Positions 40,181 through 50,082 of a stretch of DNA of 64,000 bases are shown here, piece after piece. A program made the translations under genes and the position numbers. Where the stretch lies: assembly GCA_020720785.1 (NCBI GenBank), contig DYOA01000009.1:844-64843 (forward strand). The letters are read 5' to 3'. The stretch comes from Leptospira biflexa. Its GTDB lineage: Bacteria; Spirochaetota; Leptospiria; Turneriellales; DYLW01. Numbering within the stretch: the first letter of the stretch is position 1; each line of letters starts with the position of its first letter. The notes below the pieces were generated by a model that saw only the letters and a program-made list of their open reading frames with translations, ran no database searches and was not told the origin of the DNA.

Positions 40181-40807
40181 TCAAACCATTTCCCGGATAA
40201 TATGGTTTAAAATTTTTCTTTTCCTGTGATAGGAGCCGGGGTGGATAATGAGACGGGCAGAACTTTCTATTATTTTTTCATCTTCCACCAGGCCGTTGGC
40301 CACCAAGGTTTTTCCGGTGGATACCAGGTCCACAATGACATCGGAAATACCCATAATGGGGGCAATCTCCACCGATCCATACAGCTTAATAATCTGGATA
40401 TTATAACCTTTCTGGTAAAAGAAGCGGGTGGTCAGATTGGGGTATTTTGTGGCCACTTTTATTTTCCGCTTGTTTTTCCATTCTAAGGAATTCTGCGGAT
40501 AGGCCACGGAAAGATGGCATTCTCCAAAAGGGAGAGACGCAGCTGTGTAAACAGAAAAGGAATTTTCCAGCAGGACATCATATCCCAGAAATCCCAGATC
40601 GGCGGCTCCGGTCTCCACGTAAGTGCCCACATCCTGGGAGCGGATAATCAGAAAGTCAATATTATTTTCCGGATCATGAAAAATCAGTTCCCTGCTTTCC
40701 GGAAACTTTTCCAGAGATGTTATGTTTCTCTGGAATAAATACTCCAGAGATTCATCGCTCATCCGCCCTTTGGGGAGTGCAATCTTTAAAGAGGACTTAT
40801 GGATCAT
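40181..40807 (-). CDS. hisG: ATP phosphoribosyltransferase, short (HisZ-dependent) form
   Basis: IALPKGR, VATKYP, LYGSVEIAP, DLVSTGKTL; 208 aa. Confidence 0.95.
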   Translation of the reverse strand: MIHKSSLKIALPKGRMSDESLEYLFQRNITSLEKFPESRELIFHDPENNIDFLIIRSQDVGTYVETGAADLGFLGYDVLLENSFSVYTAASLPFGECHLSVAYPQNSLEWKNKRKIKVATKYPNLTTRFFYQKGYNIQIIKLYGSVEIAPIMGISDVIVDLVSTGKTLVANGLVEDEKIIESSARLIIHPGSYHRKRKILNHIIREMV

Positions 40808-41585
40808 TTTTTATGAAAATCAGATAACGGTATTCCAGGGATTTCTTCATATAAATGCTTTGGGGATAATCCTTGATTATTTTATTACATAATTCCAGGG
40901 CTCCTTTCTTATCCCCGGAGTAATACAAATTCCGCATCTGATGGTAAAGGGCTGCCTCCTGGGATTGCAGCTCGTTGTCTTTTAAGTATTCGCCCCATTT
41001 TTTATAATACAGGATGGCAGTGCTGAAATCTCCGGCGGCTTCAAAGGCATAAGCGGTATAGAACGTGAAAAAACTTCCCGGACCGTCATTATCGTAATGA
41101 TCTGCGAATCGCTGGAGATATGGGGCCATTGCCTTTCCAGGATTTCCGTCATTTTTTTCCCGTGCGGCCAGTGCAGCCACAATGCAGGAGTAATAGCTTT
41201 CTCTTGTGGGGTAAAAGTTATGGCATAATTGCGAGGCTCCGGATTCAACATCTTTCATTTTTGCTTTTTTCAATGCAGGAACGGATATCAGACGGGCCTG
41301 GTCATAATCCTTCATCAGGAAGTAAACCTGTGCATTATGATTCTCCACCATCATACTATGGAAAAAAATGAATGCAAGAACCAGAACAAAAAAGGAAATA
41401 ATCCCAATCAATCCCCAGCGGACCGTCTGCCGGTTTGCGTGCATCCAGTGCCGGGTGGCCAGCAAACCCTGTTCAATTAAATTTCTTTCCACTTCCACAA
41501 CATCGGTATGGGATTTTTTTTCCAATGCCTCTGCATGTCTTCTGTCTGATTTTCTAACGCTTTTTCCATCCGTTTTTGTTGCCAT
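40797..41585 (-). CDS. Membrane-anchored TPR protein (YfgM-like)
   Basis: Single TM followed by TPR-like helices, IIKDYPQS; start set at MATKTD. Confidence 0.65.
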   Translation of the reverse strand: MATKTDGKSVRKSDRRHAEALEKKSHTDVVEVERNLIEQGLLATRHWMHANRQTVRWGLIGIISFFVLVLAFIFFHSMMVENHNAQVYFLMKDYDQARLISVPALKKAKMKDVESGASQLCHNFYPTRESYYSCIVAALAAREKNDGNPGKAMAPYLQRFADHYDNDGPGSFFTFYTAYAFEAAGDFSTAILYYKKWGEYLKDNELQSQEAALYHQMRNLYYSGDKKGALELCNKIIKDYPQSIYMKKSLEYRYLIFIKNDP

Positions 41586-41646
41586 AGGTTTTTCTTTGAA
41601 TCCAGATTCCGCTCCGGGATTAGAGTGACAAGGAGAATTTAAAACC

Positions 41647-42486
41647 TTACAGAAAATATGGCCGATCTTTATTCCAGATAACAAACCGCGATTGTTCGGC
41701 TGGGGGAATCCGGTGCTGTAGCACCTTTACGAAATATTTTTCCTGATACCGTTTACTCAAATGAGTGAGAATTATTTTTTCGTTTTCCATGGCCGGGAGC
41801 CTCTCCAGGATTTCCTCCAGGTGGGTGTGTCCCCACTGGCGGGCTCTTTCTACGGTTCTTTTTTCATCAATATATGTGGCTTCAAAGATGAGGACTTTTG
41901 CTCTGGCCACGTCTGGATTTTTATCCAGAAATTCAATGGAGGTATCCCCGGAAAAAGCCAGGATGGGGATGTCCACAATGGTAAAAATGGGCTCATTCTT
42001 TTCTTTGAGCTTTTTTATCTGGTGGCCGGCCAGATTCTGGTACTGTTCTTTTAATTTCTGACTTTTCTTATATATAATATAACCCAGAGACGGAATCCGG
42101 TGGTAGCTTTCCACTGCCCGCAGAAAATAGTTTTCCTGGATTGGCACAATCTCATTGGGGGATAAAGGTATAATGGATCCTGCACCGCTGAAGCCCTCGA
42201 TCTTTTTCCAGAGATCATTTATTTTTTTTAAGGGTTTTGCTATTTTTGCGGGCACATAGGCTTCTCCCGGAGGCAGGTTTTTTAAAGCCCTCTGGCTGAA
42301 ATAATAGGCTATTCCGGATGAGTGATCCAGATGGCCATGGGAAAGAAAAACCCTGGGGATATCAATCAATTCTTCCGAGCCCCGGCCAAAATCAAATGCC
42401 ATTTTAAAATGAGGCAGGATGAAGCTGGTTTCAATGCCACCCACACTGTATCCGGTGATTTTGATTTCTTTATGAACAAAATCCAT
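41647..42486 (-). CDS. MBL-fold hydrolase, short tRNase Z-like
   Basis: GYSVGGIET, SHGHLDH, HRIPSLGY, SGDT, EATY, GHTH, HLSKRY. Confidence 0.82.
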   Translation of the reverse strand: MDFVHKEIKITGYSVGGIETSFILPHFKMAFDFGRGSEELIDIPRVFLSHGHLDHSSGIAYYFSQRALKNLPPGEAYVPAKIAKPLKKINDLWKKIEGFSGAGSIIPLSPNEIVPIQENYFLRAVESYHRIPSLGYIIYKKSQKLKEQYQNLAGHQIKKLKEKNEPIFTIVDIPILAFSGDTSIEFLDKNPDVARAKVLIFEATYIDEKRTVERARQWGHTHLEEILERLPAMENEKIILTHLSKRYQEKYFVKVLQHRIPPAEQSRFVIWNKDRPYFL

Positions 42487-42493
42487 CGGCTAC

Positions 42494-43309
42494 TTAATCT
42501 TTTATCACCTTAAAATCACGGGTGAGCCGTGGATGGTGAAAGTGCACCACAGCTTTGCAGCCAATGTAAGAAGAATAAACTTTTGTTTCTTCAATGACCT
42601 CATAACGGATGTCATTTTTTTTGAGTCTTTCTTCCAGTCTGGAAATTTGCTCTCTTGTGTGGGATCTGAACCAGAAATCCGGTGGAAACAGATTACTCTC
42701 AAAAGTATCCAGTAGGGGAAAATTTGTAGAAAGATTCAGCATTTCTTTCCCATGTTTTTCCGCAGATTGATCATTCTCAAGATCAATGGCACTGATTTTC
42801 CTGCCGGAGCTTTTTATGAACCATTTGTAAAGGGCACGGGCTTGGGCAGTATGACAGGCTTTATCATAAAGGGATTCTTTTGCTTTGAGGATGGCCTTGA
42901 TTTTTTCATCCTGGAAGATATTGTCCATTTCCGGATTGCCGCTGTCTTGGGTTAGGACCGGAAAATTATACTCCTGGATCTGGGATATCCGGCACAAATC
43001 TTCCGGTTTAAACATGGAGGCCAGTTTGGCAGGATTTCTATTTAACTCTTCTATTTGATTCACATCCAGAATGTCAGAAACGGGCAGGGGGAGCTGGGTA
43101 TTTCTCTGCAGAAAAGCAAGATTATAATTAAAAAATATTCCGTTTTCCACAATCTGGTATGTGGATTCATCCAGATAGCCTTCGCTTTTCAAATCGCTGG
43201 GGTTCAGATATGCAATCCGGGGTGGAGCCTGGGAACAACCATTCAGGACAAATAATCCCCAAAAAAGAAATAAAGTGCTGCGGGTAAACTTACTGGTGAA
43301 AACGTTCAT
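42494..43309 (-). CDS. Putative lipoprotein
   Basis: Signal peptide with lipobox LNGC. Confidence 0.65.
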   Translation of the reverse strand: MNVFTSKFTRSTLFLFWGLFVLNGCSQAPPRIAYLNPSDLKSEGYLDESTYQIVENGIFFNYNLAFLQRNTQLPLPVSDILDVNQIEELNRNPAKLASMFKPEDLCRISQIQEYNFPVLTQDSGNPEMDNIFQDEKIKAILKAKESLYDKACHTAQARALYKWFIKSSGRKISAIDLENDQSAEKHGKEMLNLSTNFPLLDTFESNLFPPDFWFRSHTREQISRLEERLKKNDIRYEVIEETKVYSSYIGCKAVVHFHHPRLTRDFKVIKD

Positions 43310-43443
43310 GGATGTCCAGAGATACCCTTGCCTGCGTCCGGTAAATGATAATATGAAAAGGGAGTTGCCACCCTTGCAGGATTCCCATGTAAATTATACT
43401 TGCCGGAATAATGAAGCCATGCAGTCTGTCAGATGGAGCGGAT

Positions 43444-43953
43444 ATGAAACCATCGGATAAAAATAATAGTAGCGAAATGATTGATACTATACAACTAATA
43501 GTTTTTTCTGTGGGTAAAGAGGAGTATGGCCTGGAGATTGAGAAAGTGCAGGAAGTCATCCGCATGAAACAGATAAAAAAACTTCCCCGTGCCCCCAAAT
43601 TCATTCTGGGAGTCATGAACCTGCGGGGAAATATTATCCCCATTGTGGGGTTAAGGGAAAAATTCAATCTGGAGCCACTGGACTATAATGAGTTTACCCG
43701 CATTATAGTAGTGAATCATAATAATAAATGGATTGGTATGGTGGTGGATGAAGTCAACCGCGTGGTCAATGTGCCCCGGGATAATATTGAGGGAAATCCA
43801 GACGTGGTACCTTCCAACACAAAAGCACTGGTGCGCGGTGTGGCCAGGCTGGATGAATCTGTTATCATAATGGTGGAACTGGATTATCTGCTCTATACTC
43901 TGGATGAAATTAATCTTGCCTTTGATGAAGCCGAAACCGGTGGAATTCACTAA
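43444..43953 (+). CDS. cheW: Chemotaxis coupling protein CheW
   Basis: VFSVGKEEYG, GVMNLRGNIIPIV, GMVVDEV. Confidence 0.94.
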   Translation: MKPSDKNNSSEMIDTIQLIVFSVGKEEYGLEIEKVQEVIRMKQIKKLPRAPKFILGVMNLRGNIIPIVGLREKFNLEPLDYNEFTRIIVVNHNNKWIGMVVDEVNRVVNVPRDNIEGNPDVVPSNTKALVRGVARLDESVIIMVELDYLLYTLDEINLAFDEAETGGIH

Positions 43954-45226
43954 GAATTCTGATATAGATATATCCATTTTTCGCAGAGCTTTTGTTCTTG
44001 CGGGGTCATCCATTGGCGTAAGCTCCCCAAATCCCTCTGTGGGTGCAATTATCATAGACCGTAAATCCGGGGAAATTATAGGAGAAGGTGCCACCCGGGA
44101 GCCGGGGAGAGAGCACGCGGAAATAGTAGCCATTGATTCCGTAAAAAAGCGATTTCCGGATGATTTTGCAGACCAATTAGCAGATTCTGTTTTATATGTG
44201 ACCCTGGAACCCTGTGCTCATTTTGGGCGGACTCCCCCGTGCTCGCTGGCTATTCTCCAGAATAATATTCCTGAAATTAATATCGCCCTGAAAGATCCCA
44301 GTGAAAAGGTAAACGGCAGATCCATAGATGCCCTGATAAATGCAGGCAGGAAAGTGAAAGTTCTTGAAAAGGGGTTCCTGATGGAACATTTTGCGGAAGA
44401 GGTGGCCTTTACGCTGGGGCCATTTCTCTGTGCGGAGAGCATGCAAAGACCAATGATCCTATTAAAATGGGCACAAACCGCTTCTGGTTTTGTGGCACCT
44501 GCACTTGGGAGCAGTGGCCATATAAGCAATGGGGACAGCCGGGCGTTGGTTCACCGGATGCGGAGGCTGAGCGGGGCAACCCTTACCTTTCCAGGAAGTG
44601 TCCGGTTTGACTGGCCGGAGCTGAATTTCCGGGATCATCTCCGGGATATCCGTATCCGATGGGCGGCAGGCAGCTTTTTCCAGTCTTTGCAGGATGGGTA
44701 CCTCCGGAACCAGCGTTTCTTTCCGTCCGTTCAGGGGCAAACAACCCGATTATTTCTGCTTCCGCGTGCGGACTCTTCATGGGATCGCGATTCCATGGAA
44801 AACTGGATTCTCCGTCAAAAAAACATGCCAGAGGAATACGGCAGGCCGCTTTTTATTTACCGGGGCGAGGATCCCTCCACCGATAATTACTACAAGGAAG
44901 TAATGTCCCGGCATTCCCTGGATTATATCCGGACGGAGTCTCTGGAGGAATTCCTGAGGACGTTACCACAGGCCGGGATTACTTCTCTGCTCATGGAAGC
45001 TGGTCCACGGGGTGTGTCATATTTAATGAAAAATAATATGGCGGATATGGCCATGGTTTTCACTTCCGGCGGAGATCCATTTTCGCAAGGGGTGGCCATT
45101 TCCCCATCGGCGGCAAAAAGCCTTGGGGCAATGATTCCGTTATCCGGATACTCTGTGGGAGAAATAAATCCGGATACGTTGCATGTGTATTTGTCCCGGA
45201 GTTTTTTGCAGGTTGCGGATTCATGA
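43925..45226 (+). CDS. ribD: Riboflavin biosynthesis deaminase/reductase RibD
   Basis: PNPSVGA, HAE, TLEPCAHFGRTPPC deaminase; divergent reductase half (KWAQT, HRMR, LLMEAG). Confidence 0.85.
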   Translation: MKPKPVEFTKNSDIDISIFRRAFVLAGSSIGVSSPNPSVGAIIIDRKSGEIIGEGATREPGREHAEIVAIDSVKKRFPDDFADQLADSVLYVTLEPCAHFGRTPPCSLAILQNNIPEINIALKDPSEKVNGRSIDALINAGRKVKVLEKGFLMEHFAEEVAFTLGPFLCAESMQRPMILLKWAQTASGFVAPALGSSGHISNGDSRALVHRMRRLSGATLTFPGSVRFDWPELNFRDHLRDIRIRWAAGSFFQSLQDGYLRNQRFFPSVQGQTTRLFLLPRADSSWDRDSMENWILRQKNMPEEYGRPLFIYRGEDPSTDNYYKEVMSRHSLDYIRTESLEEFLRTLPQAGITSLLMEAGPRGVSYLMKNNMADMAMVFTSGGDPFSQGVAISPSAAKSLGAMIPLSGYSVGEINPDTLHVYLSRSFLQVADS

Positions 45227-45421
45227 TGTTCATGCGGTCATTCCGGTTTCCAGGGCTTTGGATAACCTAATTCCAAGGATAGTATACCCTTTATGTTTTT
45301 CCCGCCTCCGGGATAGCAAATCCTCAATTAATGAAAGAAACCAAATAAAAGTTCTTTTCAGTAAAAGTGGTTTTTCAATAATAATCCACCAATATATCAA
45401 AACAGAAAAAAAGAGGAAATT

Positions 45422-47077
45422 ATGCCTACCACAAAAAAAAGTCCATCTAAAACAACCGCCCCAAAAGCGGTAAAAAAAGCGGTAAGTAAGACAAAAAACA
45501 CTCCACCGGTAATTCAATTCACTGAAACCATTAATCCCGCGACCCTGGAAAAGACCGGAAAAGTCCAGAATACAGATATGAGCAAAATGCCGATGTATTT
45601 TGATAAAGCAAGATCGGCACAGAAAAAATGGGCATCCCTTTCCTATAAAGAAAGAGCCCGCTATATCCTGAAGATGAACACGTATATCCTGGATCATGTG
45701 GATGAGCTGGCGGAGGTGGTCAGCCAGGATTCCGGTAAGTCCCGTATTGATGCACTGGCCACGGAAATCATTCCCATCACCTTGGCTGTGAAATGGTATG
45801 CGAAGAACTCCGGAAAATCGCTCAAAGGAAAAAACCTCAAGGGCTCATCCATTTTATTTTTCAACAAAAAAAACCGGATCATCCGGGTTCCCCTGGGAGT
45901 AGTGGGAATCATCAGCCCGTGGAATTATCCACTGTCCATTCCTTTTGGGGAAGTGGTTATGGGTCTGATGGCCGGAAACGCCATCATGCTGAAAGTGGCT
46001 GCAACTACCGTCAATGTGGGTGTGGCCATTGAGAAAATAGTCCAATCGGCGGGCTTGCCGGAAGGCCTGTTTTATCATATCATCGGTTCCGGGCGGGAGA
46101 CATCAGAGGCATTCTTCAAGAATAAAATCAGCAAGATATTTTTCACCGGTTCCGTCCCCACCGGAAAACACCTCGCAGCAAAAGCAGCGGAGACACTGAC
46201 TCCGCTTTCCCTGGAGCTGGGAGGCAAAGATCCCATGATTGTTCTGCCGGATGCCAATCTGGAGCGTGCTGCCAATGGTGCGGCCTGGGCGGGTTACCAG
46301 AACGCCGGACAGAGCTGTGGTGGCGTGGAAAGGATTTATGTGCATGAAGCTGTTTATAATGAATTTGTGGATCTTCTGGCACAGAAAACAACCCAGATGC
46401 GGCATGGAGCGGATTTGGATTTTAATGTGGAAATGGGAGCCATGACCACAAAAGAGCAGTTGGATATTGTTAAGGATCACGTGGACCAGGCGGTGAAAGC
46501 GGGAGCAAAAATTGTGGCACAGTCCACTTCCGCTTTTAATTCCGATGGATATTTTTATCCGGCAACCCTGATGACAGACGTGGATCATTCCATGATTCTG
46601 ATGCGGGATGAAACCTTTGGGCCGGTGCTTCCGGTGATGAAATTTTCCACTATAGAAGAAGCCATTGAACTGGCCAATGATTCCACCATGGCCCTCACCT
46701 CCTCTGTATGGACAAAAAATCTGAAAATGGGTAAAATCATCGCCGCCCGTCTGGAATCCGGTGTGACCACCATTAACGACCATCTTTACTCCCATGGCCA
46801 GTCAGAAACCCCCTGGGGCGGATGGAAAGACTCCGGGCTGGGCAGGACGCATTCCGCTTTTGGTCTGGAAGAGATGACCCAGCCAAAATTAATCAACTGG
46901 GATTTTCTACCTTCATACCGGAATATCTGGTGGTTCCCTTTTGATAAAAAAACATATTCTGCCCTGAAGGCTGCGTTAAACTTCAGCTTTCCGCGTTCGG
47001 TGACCGGGTTTCTAAAGGATTCCATTACATTGACCACATTTTTATTGGGTAAAATGTTTACACGCTGGCAAAAATAA
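45422..47077 (+). CDS. Aldehyde dehydrogenase family protein
   Basis: ISPWNYP, FTGS, LELGGKDP, NAGQSC, ETFGP, PWGGWKDSG. Confidence 0.95.
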   Translation: MPTTKKSPSKTTAPKAVKKAVSKTKNTPPVIQFTETINPATLEKTGKVQNTDMSKMPMYFDKARSAQKKWASLSYKERARYILKMNTYILDHVDELAEVVSQDSGKSRIDALATEIIPITLAVKWYAKNSGKSLKGKNLKGSSILFFNKKNRIIRVPLGVVGIISPWNYPLSIPFGEVVMGLMAGNAIMLKVAATTVNVGVAIEKIVQSAGLPEGLFYHIIGSGRETSEAFFKNKISKIFFTGSVPTGKHLAAKAAETLTPLSLELGGKDPMIVLPDANLERAANGAAWAGYQNAGQSCGGVERIYVHEAVYNEFVDLLAQKTTQMRHGADLDFNVEMGAMTTKEQLDIVKDHVDQAVKAGAKIVAQSTSAFNSDGYFYPATLMTDVDHSMILMRDETFGPVLPVMKFSTIEEAIELANDSTMALTSSVWTKNLKMGKIIAARLESGVTTINDHLYSHGQSETPWGGWKDSGLGRTHSAFGLEEMTQPKLINWDFLPSYRNIWWFPFDKKTYSALKAALNFSFPRSVTGFLKDSITLTTFLLGKMFTRWQK

Positions 47078-47085
47078 AGTCTTTT

Positions 47086-48744
47086 ATGTTCTATACTTAC
47101 CGATGGTTTTTGCCTGCGTGGAAAGCGTATCTGATTTTTGCTTCATTTTCCTTTGTTGCCTGCCATTCCTCTCTGTTCATGGTGCAGACGGCAGGCAGGA
47201 AGGCTGCCAATGAGAAAAATCCGGTAAAAGAAAGAGTCATTGCGGATAAAACCAAATCCGGAACGGAGACAATCCGGGAACAATCCCGGGGAGCCGGAGT
47301 AAAACCGGCCAACGAGGAAGCAACAGAAAAACAACCCAAGGAGAGGCCATATTTCCAGGAAGCCAGAGAGGAATACATCCAACTGGATTTGGAAAGATAC
47401 AGGAATATCCATGGGATGCTGGAGAGTAAGAAATATGATACCGCCCGTCTGTCCATGGATGCTTTTCTGCAGCGACAAAACGAGGCACTCAGTGAACCCG
47501 GCTATGTGATCTATCTCCAGAATGCATATTTTTATCTCCAGCAAAAAAATCCATCAGAATATAAGAAAGCCATTGACCTTATTGACCGTATAAACCAGAG
47601 ATTTCCTGATTTTGCGACACGCTATGGCGGCCTTCTTCTATGGAACCATGCGATCCAGGAGCGGCGGGAGGATGTGACCGCAGAGGAGGACTTTATCCAT
47701 TCCCTGGAGGCCAGTATCGCATCATTCAGAAAAGAGCGATGGCAGGGGACGTTTCTTTATCTGAACGCTCATCGGATGCTGGTCAAAAGATACCAGACGG
47801 CAAAATCTCCGGAATACAAAAAAGAGAAAAAACGTATGGAGCTGCGCTTCCATCTTCTGGGAATTTCTTATGTGGCTTACGCAAAGAAACATTCGGATAA
47901 AATGGAATTTCTTGCTCCGGTTTATCTGGAAAAAGACAAACTGGGTCTGACTCTGCTGGAAAAAAAACGGATAAAAACCGTAACGGAGCAGTATAAATAC
48001 AGTTACCAGAAGCACTCCAATGATGTGCGTGCACGGACATTGCCCAACCGCCAGAAGGATTCCAATATTTTTATGTCCATGCTTTATAAACCGCAGGCCC
48101 CATCGGCTTCAAAAGCAGAAAAGACCGCAACCGCTCCTAAATTTACAAGCATTTTAAAAGAGGAATTTTCCATGGCTCAGAATCCGGTTTTTGTTGACAT
48201 CGGGCCGGGTCTGGCTAACCGGTATTTTACCTGCATATCCTCCATTGAACTGGCGACTGCTTTGCCCAAATTGAATATTATTGCCCTGGATTTGCCAGAG
48301 CAGGTGGATATTTTCTACAAAGAGGGTCCGCCCAAAATCCAGAGCCGGGTGTATAGCCACCCCAATATTCTCATCATGGGTGGGGACGGCACAAAACCCA
48401 TGCGGAAACAACTGGAGGAATATCCCACCAAAAAACGCAAAGCGGAATTACCATCCGGAATGGATATTGTGAGAGACTCCCACGCGTATATTTTCCGGGC
48501 AGCCAATTCCATTGATGTATATTATAAATGGGATGTGCTGGAAGAGGTATTGATCACCATAAAAAATGATTTTCCGGATGCCGGCGTTCTGGTTTTTCTG
48601 AACCGCATGATTTTATACAAGCCGTCCGGTGCCATGGAATACCGCTTCATTGGGCATCTTTCTCCCTGGGGTTTCAATCATCAGACTGCCGATCTGGATC
48701 GCAGGGGAGAGGCACCCTACACGCTGTTTGAGGACATGGAATAG
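47086..48744 (+). CDS. Hypothetical lipoprotein-like protein; possible C-terminal Rossmann/methyltransferase-like fold
   Basis: FVAC lipobox-like motif; helical middle; VFVDIGPG...IIALD. Confidence 0.6.
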   Translation: MFYTYRWFLPAWKAYLIFASFSFVACHSSLFMVQTAGRKAANEKNPVKERVIADKTKSGTETIREQSRGAGVKPANEEATEKQPKERPYFQEAREEYIQLDLERYRNIHGMLESKKYDTARLSMDAFLQRQNEALSEPGYVIYLQNAYFYLQQKNPSEYKKAIDLIDRINQRFPDFATRYGGLLLWNHAIQERREDVTAEEDFIHSLEASIASFRKERWQGTFLYLNAHRMLVKRYQTAKSPEYKKEKKRMELRFHLLGISYVAYAKKHSDKMEFLAPVYLEKDKLGLTLLEKKRIKTVTEQYKYSYQKHSNDVRARTLPNRQKDSNIFMSMLYKPQAPSASKAEKTATAPKFTSILKEEFSMAQNPVFVDIGPGLANRYFTCISSIELATALPKLNIIALDLPEQVDIFYKEGPPKIQSRVYSHPNILIMGGDGTKPMRKQLEEYPTKKRKAELPSGMDIVRDSHAYIFRAANSIDVYYKWDVLEEVLITIKNDFPDAGVLVFLNRMILYKPSGAMEYRFIGHLSPWGFNHQTADLDRRGEAPYTLFEDME

Positions 48745-48745
48745 A

Positions 48746-50035
48746 CTATGCATTTTTCGCGATCAGCTTTTTGGTCAGATATTTGCCCAGAGCCACAATG
48801 GTCATAGTGGGTGGGAGGCCCCAGGGTTCCGGGATGACAGAGCAGTCGCACACATAAAGGTTTTCCCGGTTTTTCAGCTTCAGATTTGCGTCCAGAAATT
48901 CCCCTATTTTTACCGTTCCGCCCGGATGTGCCCCAATATACCAGGTTTTATAAATTCTTCTGGCTCCAGCTTTTTCCAGGATTTTTCTGGCGATCCGGTA
49001 ACCCTCATCGAATTTTTTCCTGTCATTTGCAGTGAGTCTTTTTTTTATCTGTCCAAATTTGGAAATATATCCTCCCAGATCATCTCTGATTTTGATCATG
49101 ATCCGGAGGGTTTTTCTCTGTGCAAAGATTTTATCTGGTCTCAAAACCATCAGGGAAAAAATCGCATCCACCATTCGGGGAACGGACATATCTGTCATCA
49201 TGAATCCTTCTTTCTCAAAATGATATCCCGCACTCATGGGGATTTCTGATGCCACCTTTATGTCTTCCACCTCTCCTCCCACGGTGATCAGGGGATCAAA
49301 AAAAAAGTTTTTGCCCACTCCGTCCATCCCGGATTTTTTCAAAATTACCGGCGTCCCAATTCCGCCAGCGGATAAAATAATTGTTTTTGCATAAATATCC
49401 TGCTTCTTCCATCCGGTTTTTACCCGGACGCCCACTGCCCGGTCTCCCTCAAAGAGTACTTTTTCCACGGATACTCCGGAAAGGACTTTTGCTCCGTTTT
49501 GTGTTGCCTCTCGGATAAAATGCCGGGATGTCCATTTTACATCGGTGGGATCACCATAATATCCAAAGGGCTGTCCGGGTTTTCGTGAGGTAAAATCCAT
49601 AAACTTGTGGAGTCTCTCCCATTTGTAACCCAAGGATTTTGCAGTGTCCTGAATTCTTTTTGCCATGGGAGTCAAGGCATCTTCCGGCAGCAACTGGAAG
49701 GGAATTTCTTTTTTTACCTGCTCCACTTCTTTTGTGATGTCCACTCCGTATTTTTTCAGCATGGATATCGGTACCGGAAATGCTGTCCCATAGTAAAAAA
49801 TGGAGCTACCGCCGGAGATGATTCCCCGTACCATGGCCACCCATCGATACGTGAAGAGCAGGCTCCGGAAGGGTATCAACTGGTACCGCAGATACTGCCA
49901 GAAGGAATCCCGTAGGGGGGGATTTTTCCCTTTTTCCAGAAGGAGCACTTTTTTCCCTGCCCGGCTCAGTTCCCGTGCGACGGTGGCCCCGCCGGGACCG
50001 GAACCCACCACCAGATAATCCCAAGTTTGATCCAT
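48746..50035 (-). CDS. GMC family FAD oxidoreductase
   Basis: VVGSGPGG, GGSS, SAGGIGTP, HPGG, NLYVCDCS, PPTMT. Confidence 0.9.
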   Translation of the reverse strand: MDQTWDYLVVGSGPGGATVARELSRAGKKVLLLEKGKNPPLRDSFWQYLRYQLIPFRSLLFTYRWVAMVRGIISGGSSIFYYGTAFPVPISMLKKYGVDITKEVEQVKKEIPFQLLPEDALTPMAKRIQDTAKSLGYKWERLHKFMDFTSRKPGQPFGYYGDPTDVKWTSRHFIREATQNGAKVLSGVSVEKVLFEGDRAVGVRVKTGWKKQDIYAKTIILSAGGIGTPVILKKSGMDGVGKNFFFDPLITVGGEVEDIKVASEIPMSAGYHFEKEGFMMTDMSVPRMVDAIFSLMVLRPDKIFAQRKTLRIMIKIRDDLGGYISKFGQIKKRLTANDRKKFDEGYRIARKILEKAGARRIYKTWYIGAHPGGTVKIGEFLDANLKLKNRENLYVCDCSVIPEPWGLPPTMTIVALGKYLTKKLIAKNA

Positions 50036-50082
50036 GGTCCAGTATGGAGCGTTTCTGTGAAAAGGGAAGCAATTTTTGGTTA

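Noticed and set aside
45230..45697. 155-aa minus-strand ORF
   Set aside because: Overlaps the ALDH start and its AT-rich promoter region; implausible composition
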